From contig CAWIAD010000002.1 of assembly GCA_963833985.1 (NCBI GenBank), positions 1,984,001 to 2,048,000 on the forward strand: a stretch of DNA of 64,000 nt, given 5' to 3'. Made by a program: the position numbers and the translations under genes. Origin of the DNA: an uncultured Planctomycetaceae bacterium (lineage in GTDB: Bacteria; Planctomycetota; Planctomycetia; Isosphaerales; Isosphaeraceae). The notes under the pieces are model-generated. The model did no database searches. It was given only the letters and a program-made list of their open reading frames with translations, and was not told the DNA's origin. Positions 28,986-41,500 of the stretch are shown here, piece after piece; the first letter of the stretch is position 1, and every line of letters starts with the position of its first letter.

Positions 28986-29101
28986 CTTCAATCGTCACCC
29001 ATCACTGGCGTCCATCTCTGCTTTGACCGGCCGGTCTGCCCCTACGACCACGTGGTGACGCCCAGCCGGCTGATCCAGTGGGTCTTTAATCGCACGGCCA
29101 T
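28986..29101 (+). pseudogene. 116-bp internal fragment of a divergent hpnE allele
   Basis: Aligns without gaps to 27585-27700 (LQSSPITGVHL.FDRPVCP.DHVVTP.RL.QWVFN.TA). Confidence 0.9.
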
Positions 29102-29108
29102 GTCCTTA

Positions 29109-29750
29109 TCAGGGCCGCACAAAAGGCACGATGCCTTGCTCAGGGTCGAAGTCAGGATCTACTTCATCGCCGATCAGTTCCAGCTCACCATTTAAATACC
29201 GATAATATTCGATATGATGGTTCAGAGTCGAGCAGCGGTTGCGCTCTTTCGTCGTGCACATGGAATGCACGAAGACGACGGCCCTCCAGTTCCCATGCGG
29301 CAGCCGCATGACCCGTTTGATGGAGAGATACCAACCCAATGGGATCACCTCGGGATACCGGGGATCCCTCGTCCTCCAGGTCGGGAAGGATAGCATCCGG
29401 TTGGGATTCTCCGGCCGGGCCTGCTCCAGCACGCGCTGGACCTCCTTGGCCAGCGCGACACTTTCATGATTGCCAGCGTCCTCTAGCTGGATCAGCACCT
29501 TGAGCTGTCCCGTCGACTCCAGGTCGGGCATGAAAGGCAAGTGCCGAATATCGCCTCCCGGATAGACCTTCGCGGGCGGGAACGGATGCGGCGGATCCGG
29601 CGGGCCCACGAAAGTCGGCTTGGGCCAAGGCGGGAGATTGCCCGGTACGTAATCGGGCGGTGGTACGATCCCGCGCCGATACTCCACCACGGCAACCATC
29701 GCGACGATGAGGCCCAGCAGGAACGCCAGCCGGCAAACTTGCTTGATCAC
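29109..29750 (-). CDS. Hypothetical exported Pro-rich protein, paralogue A
   Basis: GTG start overlaps the TGA of the upstream gene; paralogous to 28327-28965. Confidence 0.78.
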   Translation of the reverse strand: MIKQVCRLAFLLGLIVAMVAVVEYRRGIVPPPDYVPGNLPPWPKPTFVGPPDPPHPFPPAKVYPGGDIRHLPFMPDLESTGQLKVLIQLEDAGNHESVALAKEVQRVLEQARPENPNRMLSFPTWRTRDPRYPEVIPLGWYLSIKRVMRLPHGNWRAVVFVHSMCTTKERNRCSTLNHHIEYYRYLNGELELIGDEVDPDFDPEQGIVPFVRP

Positions 29751-30691
29751 TGGACCTCCCAATGTGTCGCGTCGACCTTGGTCCACATCCAGTTCAAGGC
29801 CGGTAGCCCTACCGTAAAGGACTCCTGGCCCTGGTTGGTGGACATCTCCCACGTGTACTGAAGCTCCTGCGTATATGCGACGTATGCGGTCCCGACGGGG
29901 ATCGCCGCCCATTGCGCGGCCGTCATGCCCGGAACCCCGACCGAGTCATAGAGATGGGGTGCTGTGACGTTCCAGCTCAAACCGTACACCGACGGCCCCC
30001 ATCCCTGCGCAAAGGTAATGGATATCGTCGTGAAGACGTTGGTGAGATTCTCTTGAAAAAGCCCTGCCGCGAACGAGCCCAGCGGGCCGTTGGGCGTGGC
30101 GATGTCATCGGTGAGCAGGTCTGCGGCGGTCCATGCGATCGGCGTGTCGATGCCTCCGTCCTTCGTGATTGCCGATGGAGGTGGCACGTCCACCAGGCTC
30201 GTGACGGTCGTCGGCGAGTGCCTCGGGCCTGAAGGATTGCTATCCATGTAGGTCGTCACCGCCGTCACCGTGTACATACCAGGGACCGACAGGTACACTG
30301 TGGCATTCAGAAGCCCGGGACTCTGGGGTGTCAGCGTCGCCGATGTGAACCCATTATACGTGACGGTATAGGTCCAGGTCGTGCCCGTAATCACGAAGTT
30401 CGGCGCTGGCGTCGTCGTTAATGTGAACCTGAGGGTTCCGCCAAGAGCTGGGGTGGTTGTGCTTGGCGACATGCTTACAACGATATCGAATGGCGTGATC
30501 ACGTGCGTCCTCCCGGCCGGCCTGGTCGGCCTGGTCGGGCGGTGCGCGTGACCCTCGTGACTGGGATGTTCCACGTGAGGCGCGTGATGGAGAAGAGGCG
30601 CCAGGGTCGATGGCATGATGCGGAATTCGACGGCCTCAAACACAGGCCGACAGGCTGTCTTACGCATGCGGATGTTGCTTCTGGTGCTCAT
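29747..30691 (-). CDS. Hypothetical secreted protein with planctomycete export motif and PKD/Ig-like region
   Basis: RPVFEAVEFRIMPS (LExR-like), His-rich linker, Thr-rich beta region with PGMYTVT. Confidence 0.7.
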   Translation of the reverse strand: MSTRSNIRMRKTACRPVFEAVEFRIMPSTLAPLLHHAPHVEHPSHEGHAHRPTRPTRPAGRTHVITPFDIVVSMSPSTTTPALGGTLRFTLTTTPAPNFVITGTTWTYTVTYNGFTSATLTPQSPGLLNATVYLSVPGMYTVTAVTTYMDSNPSGPRHSPTTVTSLVDVPPPSAITKDGGIDTPIAWTAADLLTDDIATPNGPLGSFAAGLFQENLTNVFTTISITFAQGWGPSVYGLSWNVTAPHLYDSVGVPGMTAAQWAAIPVGTAYVAYTQELQYTWEMSTNQGQESFTVGLPALNWMWTKVDATHWEVQ

Positions 30692-30992
30692 ATTCTTGGG
30701 TGACGTTGTCGTGCCGCCAGGTTACTCCGTTCCACATCGAGCGAGAGAACCTCGGCGAGTCTAGCGATCCGGATTCGCCATTGCCATCAAAAACAAAGCG
30801 AGATCGAAGGTTCCCGCGGCTCATCATCGCGAGCAAGTAGTACACGCACTCTGCTTCCCGAATCATCAGCGGTAAGGACATCGCGGCGCTTAGCTTTGAG
30901 GATGCAATTGCTCAAGTTCCCTACCCGCGACCGCCGAATAGCTCTGAGAAGGATCAAAGGACGTCCAGAATCTCAGTCCGTCAGGATGCGCA

Positions 30993-31856
30993 ATGAGTGT
31001 GCCCATTCACGCAGGCGAGGCCCGGTCAGCGACCCGATCACGTCCCCGCTGGCTCCGGGCGCTGGGCCTGCAAGATCCTCCTGAGACGCTTCAGATCGCG
31101 GGACTTCCGCATCGTCTGAGAGAGCTTTACAAGCACGACTCCTGGGCGGCGACCGCCCTCTATGAGAGTGCCCAGGGCGACTTGCGGATCGTCAAGCTGC
31201 ACCGCCAGGCGTCCGCGTTCGGCATGCCGCTGGACTGGGTCGGCCGGCGGACGGCCCGCAACGAGCGCCAGTTGCTCGCACATCTCTCCGGACTCGATGG
31301 CATCCCCGTCCTGGCCGGTCCGGTGTGCGTGGACGGCAAGGTGCTTGCCAACAGCGTCGCCCGCGAGTTCGTCGCCGGCCATCCGCTGGGCAATCGTGAG
31401 CCGGTTCCCGATGCCTTCTTCCCGGAGCTCCGCCGCTTGCTTGCAGGACTGCACGGGCGGCGCACGGTGTATGTGGACCTGCACAAGCGTGAGAACATCA
31501 TCGTCGGCGACAGCGGTCAGCCGTGCCTCATCGACTTTCAGATCAGCCTGACCTGGCCGGCGTGGCTGCCGTCGGGGCCGATCTTCCGCATCCTCTCGCG
31601 CAGCGATGACTATCACCTGATGAAACACTGGGCGCGGTGCCGGCCCGATCAGTGCGGGATGGACTCGGCGGCCCTGCAAAAGCACATTCCCTGGTGGATC
31701 CGCGGCCATCGGCTGGTGGCCCGCCCGTTCCGCGAGCTGCGCAGGCGGCTGCTGGTGCGGCTGGGAATTCGCACCGGCAAGGGAAGAGTCGAGACGGAGG
31801 CCTTCGCAGAACACGCCCTCCGTGATATAACGCCGGCCAGAGACAAGGCTGCCTGA
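30993..31856 (+). CDS. Atypical (RIO/Kdo-like) protein-kinase-fold protein
   Basis: IVKLHR, YVDLHKRENII catalytic loop, LIDFQIS. Confidence 0.75.
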   Translation: MSVPIHAGEARSATRSRPRWLRALGLQDPPETLQIAGLPHRLRELYKHDSWAATALYESAQGDLRIVKLHRQASAFGMPLDWVGRRTARNERQLLAHLSGLDGIPVLAGPVCVDGKVLANSVAREFVAGHPLGNREPVPDAFFPELRRLLAGLHGRRTVYVDLHKRENIIVGDSGQPCLIDFQISLTWPAWLPSGPIFRILSRSDDYHLMKHWARCRPDQCGMDSAALQKHIPWWIRGHRLVARPFRELRRRLLVRLGIRTGKGRVETEAFAEHALRDITPARDKAA

Positions 31857-31903
31857 TCGCTCAGGCAGACTGACCCACGAAATCTCGGGGCCGCGCAAGA
31901 CTC

Positions 31904-33274
31904 ATGGACGAACCCGCGCGAGGATGGCGCTTCCGGGCCTGGCCCTGGCTGGTCCTGGCCGTTGCCACGCTACCCGCCTTCTGGTACCTCGTTGATTTTG
32001 AGTCCGACATCGACCCGGAATTCCCGAGCGTGTCGCGCCCGACGTTCAACACGTATCCACCGCCCGCCTACCGGTTTGCCGAACCGGGCGACACCATCGA
32101 CCACGTCGCCATCTACGTGGCCGCGGCAGCACTGGTGCTCTCGGCATGGGGCCTGGTCCGCGGCACGCGGAGACGGCTCTGGATGGGTGCCCTGGCACTC
32201 TCCCTCGCCGGTTTCTGGCACGCCGCGACCCCGGGGCGCTCATGGACGGCTGGCACGGCCTGGGCTGGCGGACGATCTACCATCCGGAAGTCGACTGGCG
32301 GCTGCGCATGGCCCTCGCGGGCGCCGCGCTGGCGCTGCTGCTCGTGGCGGCCTGGAGCCTGCGGGAACGGCCGCTCGTGGTCCTCTGGAATGAGGCACGG
32401 GCGCAAGGAATCGCCTGGCTGCTGATTGCGTCCGCGCTGCTGCTGGCCGCTCGTCAGGTCGGCTGGATCGATCGTGAGCCGCTGGGCTTCTGGCCGCGCT
32501 GGATCTACGTCTGGGGCTTGCTGGCCTGGGCCCTGGCGCTGCTGCTGGCGCTTCCTCGCCACCCGGCGAGGTTCCGGCAGGTGGCCATCATCGCGAGCCT
32601 CGTGGCCGTCTGGCTGCTCCTGGATTTCACGGGACGGGGGCTACTCTGGTATCAGCGTCCCCTGCATCGCCTGCGCGAGGTGGTTCCCGGGCAGGTCTAC
32701 CTGATGCGCCATGCCCACCTACGAGGGACTGGTGCTGGCCCAGCAGCGCCACCATTTCCGGACCATCATCAACCTCTTCCCCGAGCACACGCCCCAGCGC
32801 AGTCCTCTGGTGGACGAGGAACTGCGGTTTATCCGCGAGCATGGCCTGAGCTACATCGGCAACTATGCCCGCAACGACGCCTCCGGCGAAGCGTTCATTG
32901 CCCGGACGCTGGCGGTCGCCCGTGATCCAGCCGCCTGGCCGATCCTGGTCCATTGTCACGCCAGCATGGATCGTTCCCCCGCCTGGATGGGCCTCTACCG
33001 CTTCGTGGTGCAGGGATGGCCCCTGGCGGACGCCCTCCGCGAGCTCGAGCAGCATCGCGGCCTGCGTCCCAAGGCGTCGGTCACGCTGCTCTACAATCGG
33101 CTCCTGCCGCAGCTTGCACCGGCGTGCGCGGCGAACGACCCGACCGTGCCCATCCTCCGAGCATGCGCCGCGGGGACCGTTGACCCCGTGACCCGTTCCT
33201 CACCGTTGCCGCCCGGCCGAGATGAAAACCACGATGCCCAGGCAATCCAGGGTTCTACGAGCCTGAGGCGCTGA
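31904..33274 (+). CDS. Multi-TM protein fused to a cysteine (PTP/DSP-like) phosphatase domain; frameshifts near 32235 and 32708
   Basis: Several TM segments, then REVVPGQVY, RTIINL, ILVHCHASMDRS (Cx5R); three overlapping ORFs join into one. Confidence 0.75.
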
Positions 33275-34088
33275 GGGGTGCGGTCCGGCGGATGCGGGCC
33301 AGCCAGGCTTTCGGTTCTGCCGGGCCGGTGCTCGATGCACCGGGGGAATCCGTGGTCTGGAACCGGCTTTCGCGGATCGTCTCGACGGTCCAGCCATCGT
33401 GGAACGCCGCGCGGATCTCGGCCTGCGTGACTCGCCGGGGGCCATTGCCGGGCGGTTCCTGGTCGCTGAAGCAGAGGAGATGGAAGACGCCTCCGGGGCG
33501 GACCACGTGCGCCAGTCCGGCGACGTAACGCGATCGATCGGCGTCGCCGAACGTATGGAAGAGTCCGCTGTCGACGGCGCTGTCGAAACTGCGGCCGAGC
33601 TCGTCGAGCTTCAGGGCATCGCCCACCAGGAACGTCGCATTCGACCCGCGCTCGCGGGCCTTTGCCTTCGCTCGCTCGATCGCCACGGGCACGAAATCGA
33701 GTCCCACCACCTCATGGCCTCGAGAGGCGAGGTAGAGGGCGATCTCGCCCGTCCCGCAGCCGACATCCAGCACCGAGCCCTGGATCTCCCCCGCGTTCTC
33801 CAGCGCGACGAAGGCCGGCTGAGGTCCGGCGATGTCCCAGGGCGGACGACCCGTATACGCGTGCTCGAAGCCTTCCCGGCTCATCGACCGCGCCGGCCGC
33901 CTGGTGGGACCCGGAGCCGCGGCAGCCGTTCCTGCCGCGTCCCCCCGCGCCGCGGAGCCCGCAGCGCCGTGGCGGCCTTCTGCCTGGTCCAGCAAGCGGG
34001 GTGCGGTCCACCAGAAGGCCAGCGCCACAACGATGATCATCAACATCGTCGACAGCAGCCCCCAGCGGCCGGCGCGCTTCGCGGTCAT
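33255..34088 (-). CDS. Class I SAM-dependent methyltransferase with N-terminal TM segment
   Basis: PPWDIAGPQP, VLDVGCGTG, DSGLFH. Confidence 0.9.
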   Translation of the reverse strand: MTAKRAGRWGLLSTMLMIIVVALAFWWTAPRLLDQAEGRHGAAGSAARGDAAGTAAAAPGPTRRPARSMSREGFEHAYTGRPPWDIAGPQPAFVALENAGEIQGSVLDVGCGTGEIALYLASRGHEVVGLDFVPVAIERAKAKARERGSNATFLVGDALKLDELGRSFDSAVDSGLFHTFGDADRSRYVAGLAHVVRPGGVFHLLCFSDQEPPGNGPRRVTQAEIRAAFHDGWTVETIRESRFQTTDSPGASSTGPAEPKAWLARIRRTAPLSASGS

Positions 34089-34334
34089 GTTCGTGAAGTT
34101 CCTCAGGTCCGGGAGCCCCTGCTGGTTCCATCCCGCACCGACGACGTTGTCGGGTGCGCTGGGATTCGTCCTTCCATCCTCGCCGCCGGAACGCTCGATG
34201 GGAAGGCCGTCGTGCCGCGGGCGCCAGGCAGCCTCTCTGACCCATGATTCTGGCGGGCTGAAGCATGTGCCCTTCAGACTCCCTCCTCTTCAGCTTCCCC
34301 TGGCATGTGGCGACCATAGGTGCGAATGTTCAGT

Positions 34335-34934
34335 CTACTTTAGTCTAACTATCGAAGCCGGTTTCTCCATTTCACGGGGAACCATTACAGGATGGGCAGG
34401 AGACGATTCTGACTTTCGACTCCTGGCCCCTTTCCGGCTCCAGAGCCGGCGGAAGGCAAGCAAACCCGTGATGCCGCCCGCCAGCAGCGCCATCGAGGTC
34501 GGTTCCGGGACAGGGGCCGTTGAAACCGTCAAATCGTCGCGCGCCTTCATGATATTCGTCTCGGCAGGGCGGCCGTTTGACCCGGTGTACGACCACTCGC
34601 CGCTGACGAACATGGGTTTTGCATCTGTGCTCTGGAACGTGAAAGTCACCTTCCCGCCAGCCGCGAGTCCAAGATTGAATTCGGCATCGACGACGTCGCT
34701 GCCAAACAGATCGATCGTCCCCGCCGTCGCGGTGAGGATCGGGTCGGTAAGGCTGATGACGCCGCCGGTGCTTGTTTTCCAGTACGTGACGATGTCATCG
34801 ACGTCGCCGACGCCCGCGTTGTTTGTCAGGGTGACAGTGGTGACGTACATGCCTCCTGCGTGGCCTGGCGTCGCGAACGCCAGGCCGCTCAGGAGTCCCA
34901 CACCCAGCGCGATAGAAAATGATTGTTTCTTCAT
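34335..34934 (-). CDS. PEP-CTERM sorting-domain protein
   Basis: Signal peptide; VPEPTSMALL + TM + RRLWSRK. Confidence 0.85.
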   Translation of the reverse strand: MKKQSFSIALGVGLLSGLAFATPGHAGGMYVTTVTLTNNAGVGDVDDIVTYWKTSTGGVISLTDPILTATAGTIDLFGSDVVDAEFNLGLAAGGKVTFTFQSTDAKPMFVSGEWSYTGSNGRPAETNIMKARDDLTVSTAPVPEPTSMALLAGGITGLLAFRRLWSRKGARSRKSESSPAHPVMVPREMEKPASIVRLK

Positions 34935-35508
34935 TGATCATCCCGGAATGTGGCTGTTCGAAATCCGTCATCCCTCGCGTCCATCAACGCGGCTGACAAC
35001 GACAAGTTTCACGCATTCGGACGGTGGACTTAAGATGGATCTACTTGTGCGTGAGTTGACCGCGTCGCCGCAACGTCCAGGCTCTGTGCCGGCTCGGTTG
35101 TAACTTCTGCCAACCATCCCACCGGGCAGAAGCAAGGTGCAGCGATATGTTCAAGGGATGCCGCTCAACCGAACTGAGCAAACCAGGTCACCCGCTCCTG
35201 GTAGCCCGCTATCTTGTGCGTCGTTTGCAGACGCCCTCCAAGGAGTAACTTATGCGCCTAGCCAATCCGCCACCGGATTGCAATACGAAAAAACCTCGAT
35301 GCAGTTGAGATCCAGAGGCGGAGGATGGGGGTTCCTGACTTCGCGCCTTAAGGCTGGCGCAAGCGGCTCGTAGATGCGGGCGAAACCATACCAGGTGACT
35401 GGCGTCCGCAGCCGGCGGACATGCACCGCACCTTCCTCGCTCTCTCTGGCTTGCATCAAACTCTGTCTCGGCAGCCTACAACAGCGCTACAGTCAGACGC
35501 TCTGAGGT

Positions 35509-38500
35509 TCAGAAATCATTCATTCCGTAAAAAATTGAAAATCGTCTCGATGACTGTCGCGACGATGCGATAAGCGACGTCCGGGGTGCGGGCCAGGTTG
35601 TAGAGGACGAGGCGAGCTGGGCCGCGGTGACCTCGGCGGCTACTGTTGCAAGATCGGCCTCGAACGTCGGCTTCAGAATCGGGACAACGATCGCCGGCGC
35701 GGCGGAGCTGTCAAGCTCGACCCTGATCTGGCCGGTGACTGCCACATCGGCGGAGAATTCGGAGGTGTTTCCATTCGGGTCGGTCGCTGTTGCGCTGACC
35801 CACCGGCCTACGGAAACGGGCGCGTTCAACGTGAGCGAGAAGCTCGCATTGCCCGAGTTGTCGGTGATCACAACGAAGGTTCCGATGAGCGTACTCCCCT
35901 GACCATAGCCGCTGGGGTCGGCCGCAGAGTTGGAGAAGAACTGTAGTGTGTAGGTTGTGGCCGGCACGCCTGTCAACGTGCCCGACACGATCGTGGCCCC
36001 CTTTCTCGTGACAACTGAGGACAGGACCGGGTAGTTCTGCCCGTTGTTCGGCGTGACGGCTGAATCATTGGGCGTCACGCCGTCATCTCCCAGATCGATC
36101 CCGAGTCCTGCGTTGGCGTAAATCGTGTTCGACAGGATCGCGTCATTGATGCTCGTGTCGCTGCTATTGCTGCCCACCGTGATTCCATTGCCGTGGTTAT
36201 GGGAGATGATATTTCCGGAGCCGGCGGCAAGCCCGCCGATGATGCAGATCTGCGAACCTCCGTTGAGGTTAACCCCGTCAGAGGTGTTCCCCAGGGAAAG
36301 CTTGCCCGACCTGTCGGTCCCAATCCAGTTTCCCTGGGCAAGGTCCCTCGATGAGTACTGGATTTCGAGCCCGTATTTGCCGTTGGCTGCGATGACGTTA
36401 CCGGCGCCGGCAGCCGTCCCGCCGATCGTGTCGTCGTAGCCGGCCTCGTAGACACCATCGGTGATGTTGCCGAGCGCCACTCTCCCGGTCTTGTCGGTAC
36501 CTACGAGATTCCCCTCGACCGTATTGTTGTTCGAAGAGTTGACGATTCCGATTCCCGAGTACCCGTTGCCCGAGCTAACGTTCCCCGCGCCGGGGGCCGT
36601 GCCTCCGATGAGATTAAGGGAGGAGCCGTCGCGTACGCTGATGCCGTCGTAGCCATTGCCCATCACGCTGGTCCCGGCTTTATCGGTGCCGACGTAATTT
36701 CCTTGGACCGTGTTTCCTGACCCGCCTTCGAGGATGATTCCGTACTGAGCGTTGGCCGAGATCACGTTGCGTGCGGCGGAAGAGGTGCCGCCAATCTGGT
36801 CGCTGAAGCTGTTGACGTAGATCCCGTCACCCAGGTTGCCGAGTGATTTCTCACCAGTTTGATCGGTGCCAATCAGGTTTCCCTGGACGTAGGTCTCGGT
36901 CGCGCCATAGTAGATCGACAGGCCGCTCGCAGCGTTGCCGGACAGCAGGTTCCCCGCGCCAGTGGTCATTCCACCGATATAGTTGTTCGACGAGTTACCC
37001 TGGACGTTCACGCCGTCGAAGCCGTTTGGCACCGCGTAAGTCCCGCTGACGTCCGTTCCGACGTAGTTACCGATAACGGAGTTGCCGACTCCCGAGTCGA
37101 GCTCGATGCCGAAGAAACTGTTGCCGGAGACGACGTTTCGGGACGCGGAAGACGTCCCGCCGATCACATTACCGGTTCCGTTCACGTAAACTCCCGCGCT
37201 GCCGTAGGAACCGTTGCCTAGGGGCTCTGATCCGCTTGGGCCGGTTCCGATGTAGTTCCCCAGGACGTTGTTGTAGGAGCCACCCTGCATACTCATGCCG
37301 TCGCCGCTATTACTGGAGATGATGTTCCGACCTGCGGGAACACTGCCACCGATGGTGTTCAGATTGCTCGTGATAAAGATGCCGGCGTTGCTGTTTCCGA
37401 TGCCATGCGAACCGGAGGTGTCGGTGCCGATGAAGTCCCCGGCGATCACGTCGCCGTTCGCTCCGACCAGGTCGATGCCGTCCCCGGGGAAGCGAACGAT
37501 CTCAAGCCCCTTCACCGTGCTCCCTCCTCCGGCCAGGACCAGGCCGGTGTCGCCAGAGTAGGAAGGGAGCTTCGAGCCGTCGAGAACAATCTGGATGACG
37601 GCGTTGTCTCCCGCAGCCAGCGTGTTCGGGTTGGCGCCGGTCTGCGTGTAGCCGTCGATGACTGTCGGGTGCGATAGCGCGGGGAGCGGAGTCAGCGGGC
37701 TGATGGTGAACGGCCCGGTCCCGGGGATGGCGAACCTGATCGTGTCGGGTGTCGCGCTGGTGGCGAGATTGGCGCTCGTGATTGCCCAGCGAAGCGAGCC
37801 GGTCCCGCTGTCATTCGCGTTCCTCACCACGAAAACTTTCGGCTGCACGATGATGGAAACGGTCGCGAGGTTTGAGGTTCCGTCCGCGCCGACGTCTTCA
37901 TAGGTATAAGTGTCGTTGCCGACGTAGCCCGCTCGGGGCGTGTACGAGAACGAGCCGTCCGGGTTCAGGGTGAGCACGCCGTGCGCCGGACGGGAGACGA
38001 GTTGCGAGGTGAACGCATTGCCGTACACGTCGAAGTCATTGGCCTGGACGCCGGGGGCCTGGTCGTTCAAGGTTGTCCCGGTGTCAACGCGATACGAGTC
38101 GTTGACAGCCACGATCGGGGTCGTGGACGCGATGACCGTGGCATCGGCTGAGAACTCGGAGGTATTTCCGTTCGGGTCGGTGGCCGTCGCTGACACGGTC
38201 GTGCCGGGCTGGGGCAGGAAGCCAGCGAGAAACGAGGCGTGGCCGGAGCCGTCGGTCGTGACGCTCGTCGTGCCCAGGAGTGCCTGACCTTGGCCGTAGC
38301 CGCTCGGGTCGGGTGAGGGGTTTGTGAAAAACTGAAGCGTGTACGTCGTGTTGGCGGCAGCGTCAAGAGTGCCCTTGATGTACTCGTTCTCCGCGTAGGT
38401 CGCCGCATCGGAGATGAAGGGATAGTTTTGCCCGTTATTCGGCGCGCTGCCGGAATTGTTTCGCGTCACGCCGTCGTTGCCAAGGTCGATACCGAGCTTT

Positions 38501-41500
38501 GCGTTGCCGTAGATCGCGTTCGACAGGATGGAGACACCGGAGACCGTGTCATTAGGGCTCCCGCCAACGGTAATGCCGTTGCCGCTGTTGTAGGCAATGA
38601 CGTTCCCCGCGCCGGCCGCCGTGCCGCCAATCTGGTCGTTTCCGCCGCCGAAGTACGTTGCGGTGAGGAACAGGCCGCTGCCATCGTTCCCCAGGGGATT
38701 CATTCCGGTCGCGTCGGTGCCGATCAGGTTCCCTTCGATGACCGCGCCGGTAGTCTGATCCACGTCGATGCCGTCATAGGTATTTCCCGAGATGACATTG
38801 CCGGCCCCGGTAACTGTCCCACCGATGACGACGTTGTTGTTCGTTTCGAGTTCGATCGCCGGCTGCTGGCTCGTACTCGCGTTCGGAATCGCGTAGGAAC
38901 CAGAAATGTCTGTACCGACGAGGTTTCCCTGGATGAGGTCGGTGCCCGCGCCGGCATAGTAGAGAGAGGTTTGATCGAAGATTGCTGGACCGAGGTTGCC
39001 CGAGATGACATTTCCCGCACCCGGGACCGTTCCGCCGATCTGCGTCCCGCCTGAGAAAGAAAGCACAATGCCTTCACCGTTACCAATGGAACGGAGGCCG
39101 CGGGCGTCGGTGCCGATCAGATTCCCCTCGATGACCTCGCCACTGGTGGCTGAAATGGGGCCCTGGTCGCCAACCTGGATGCCTGCACCGTCTCCCGAAA
39201 TGACATTACCGTCGCCGGGGGCGGTGCCGCCGATCAGCGTGTTGGGGCCGGCCTGGATCCAGATACCGACGCTGTAAAAAACATCCCCGTCGGCCACAGT
39301 GCCCGTGGCGTCGAGGCCGATGATGTTTCCCTCGATGACTGTCCCCGGTGAACCCGCCGTTGTGTTCTGCGCCGCTATCTGAATACCTTCGGCGGCATGT
39401 GAGAGGACGTTCCCGGCGCCTGCCGCGGAGCCGCCGATCGTGTTTCCCGGCGCATCGGTCAGCGACACGGCCGGCCCACTAAGTCCGCCGTTGTTACCCG
39501 ATCGGTCCGGTCCGACGTAGTCGCCTTCGAGCAGGTTACCCATAGCACCGTCCTGGAAGACCACGCCTCCACTGCCGCCAGCGATGACGTTCCGGTCGGC
39601 CGGGTCGGTGCCGCCGATCGTGTCGGACGACATGGCATCCACGACCAGGTTGTTATCGTTTCCCTGGTTGTAACTGAAGCCCAAGACTCCCGAAGGATCA
39701 AGGCCCAGGAAGTTCCCCGTGATCAGGTCTCCCGAGCCTCCGTGAGCGTAAATGCCGAACTGGAACCCGAGGATCGAGAGCCCCCGGACGTCGATGCCAC
39801 CCCCTTCCAGGTCGAGCCCGTCGCCTGCGTGATAAGTATCATAATAGAATGCCTCACCACTAATCTCGATCTGGATCACGGCGTTGTCGCCAATGGCCTG
39901 CGTGTTGGTCGCCGAACCCGGCTGGCTGTAGCCGTCGATCACCGTGGGTCGGGTGACGGCGGGAAGCGGCGTGACCGGCTGAATCACATAAGGGCCCGAC
40001 CCGGTGAGGTCGAAGTCGATCGTGTCGGGCCCTGGGCTATTCGAACCGTCGGCAGTCGAGATCGCCCACCGCAGCGATCCGACGCCCGAGTCGTTCGAGT
40101 TCGTCACGACCAGCGTTTTCGGGTTGACAGTGATGGTGACCGTTGCAGTGTTCGAGTGGCCACCCTGGAAACGATCGCGGTAGGTGAACGAGTCGGTTCC
40201 CGTAAATCCCGAGGCCGGCGTGTACGAAAACGAGCCATCCTGGTTCAGCGTGATCGAGCCGTGCGCTGGACTGGCCACGACCTTCGATGTATATGACACA
40301 CCCGGTTGCGAGAGATCATTCGCCTGCACGCCCGGCGCCGCGACGACCACGGTACTGTTGATGTCGGTGCTATAGGCGTCGTTGACCGCGTAGACGGGCG
40401 TTGATGAAACGACAATCGGGACATCGGCAGAGAACTCAGAGGTGTTCCCATTCGAATCGGTGGCCGTCGCGCTGAGCACCGTGCCGGCAGGCAGCTTCAC
40501 CGGAAACGTGTCGGTAAAGCTGCCATTGCCAAGATTGTCGGTCGTCACGCTGAGCGTCCCCAGGAGCGTCTGGCCCTGGCCGTAGCCGCTTGGGTCGGAT
40601 GAGGGGTCGGCGAAAACTTGCACCATGTAGGTCGTGTTCGGCAGGTCGGCGATCGACCCCTCAAGAGCCGTGCTGGACGAAAAGCCAATGGCCGCGTTGA
40701 TGACTGGGTAAGGCTGGAGACGATTAGGCCCGCTCGGGTTGCCGCCGGGAGTATTCGGCGTCACGCCGTCGTCGCCGAGATCGATGCCGAGCTTCGCGTT
40801 GCCGTAGATCGCGTTCGACAGGATCGCGTTCCCCTCGGAAGTGTCGCTGGTGCTGGCACCAACGATCACGCCATTGCCGCCGTTGTACGCAATGATATTG
40901 CCAGCGCCGGTGGCCGTCCCGCCTACCGTATTGTTTGAAGCGCTGTCCTGTAGGTTTATCCCGTCGCCTCCATTACCGAGGTTGAGTGTCGCGGTTGGGT
41001 CGGTACCGATCCAGTTGCCCGCGATCATATTGTCGGCGGCAGCAGAGTAGCCCTGGATCACGACGCCATCGCCGGTGTTCCCGGAGATGACATTGCCGGC
41101 GCCGGTGGTCGTGCCGCCGATTGTATTCCCAGATCCGCCCCCGATGGTAATACCTGTTCCGTTGCCCAGGGGGGTTGTGCCGTTAATGTCGGTCCCGATC
41201 AGGTTGCCCTGCACAACGTTGTTCGAGGAAAACTGCATCTCGATCCCGGTCCCGTTGCCGGAGATCAGGTTGCCCGCGGCCGCCACGCTTCCGCCGATCG
41301 TATCACCACCAGCACCGTCGATTTCGATTCCCGTGCCGTAGCCGTTCGAGAGGGAAATCGTGCCCGTGGGGTCTGTGCCGATCTTGTTCCCCTCGATCAC
41401 GGCCCCATTGCCGTTCAGCGCGACCGCGTAGTCGTATTGCCCGGCAATGACGTTTCCCGCGCCCGGTGTCGTGCCGCCGATCAGGCAGGAAGATCCTCCG

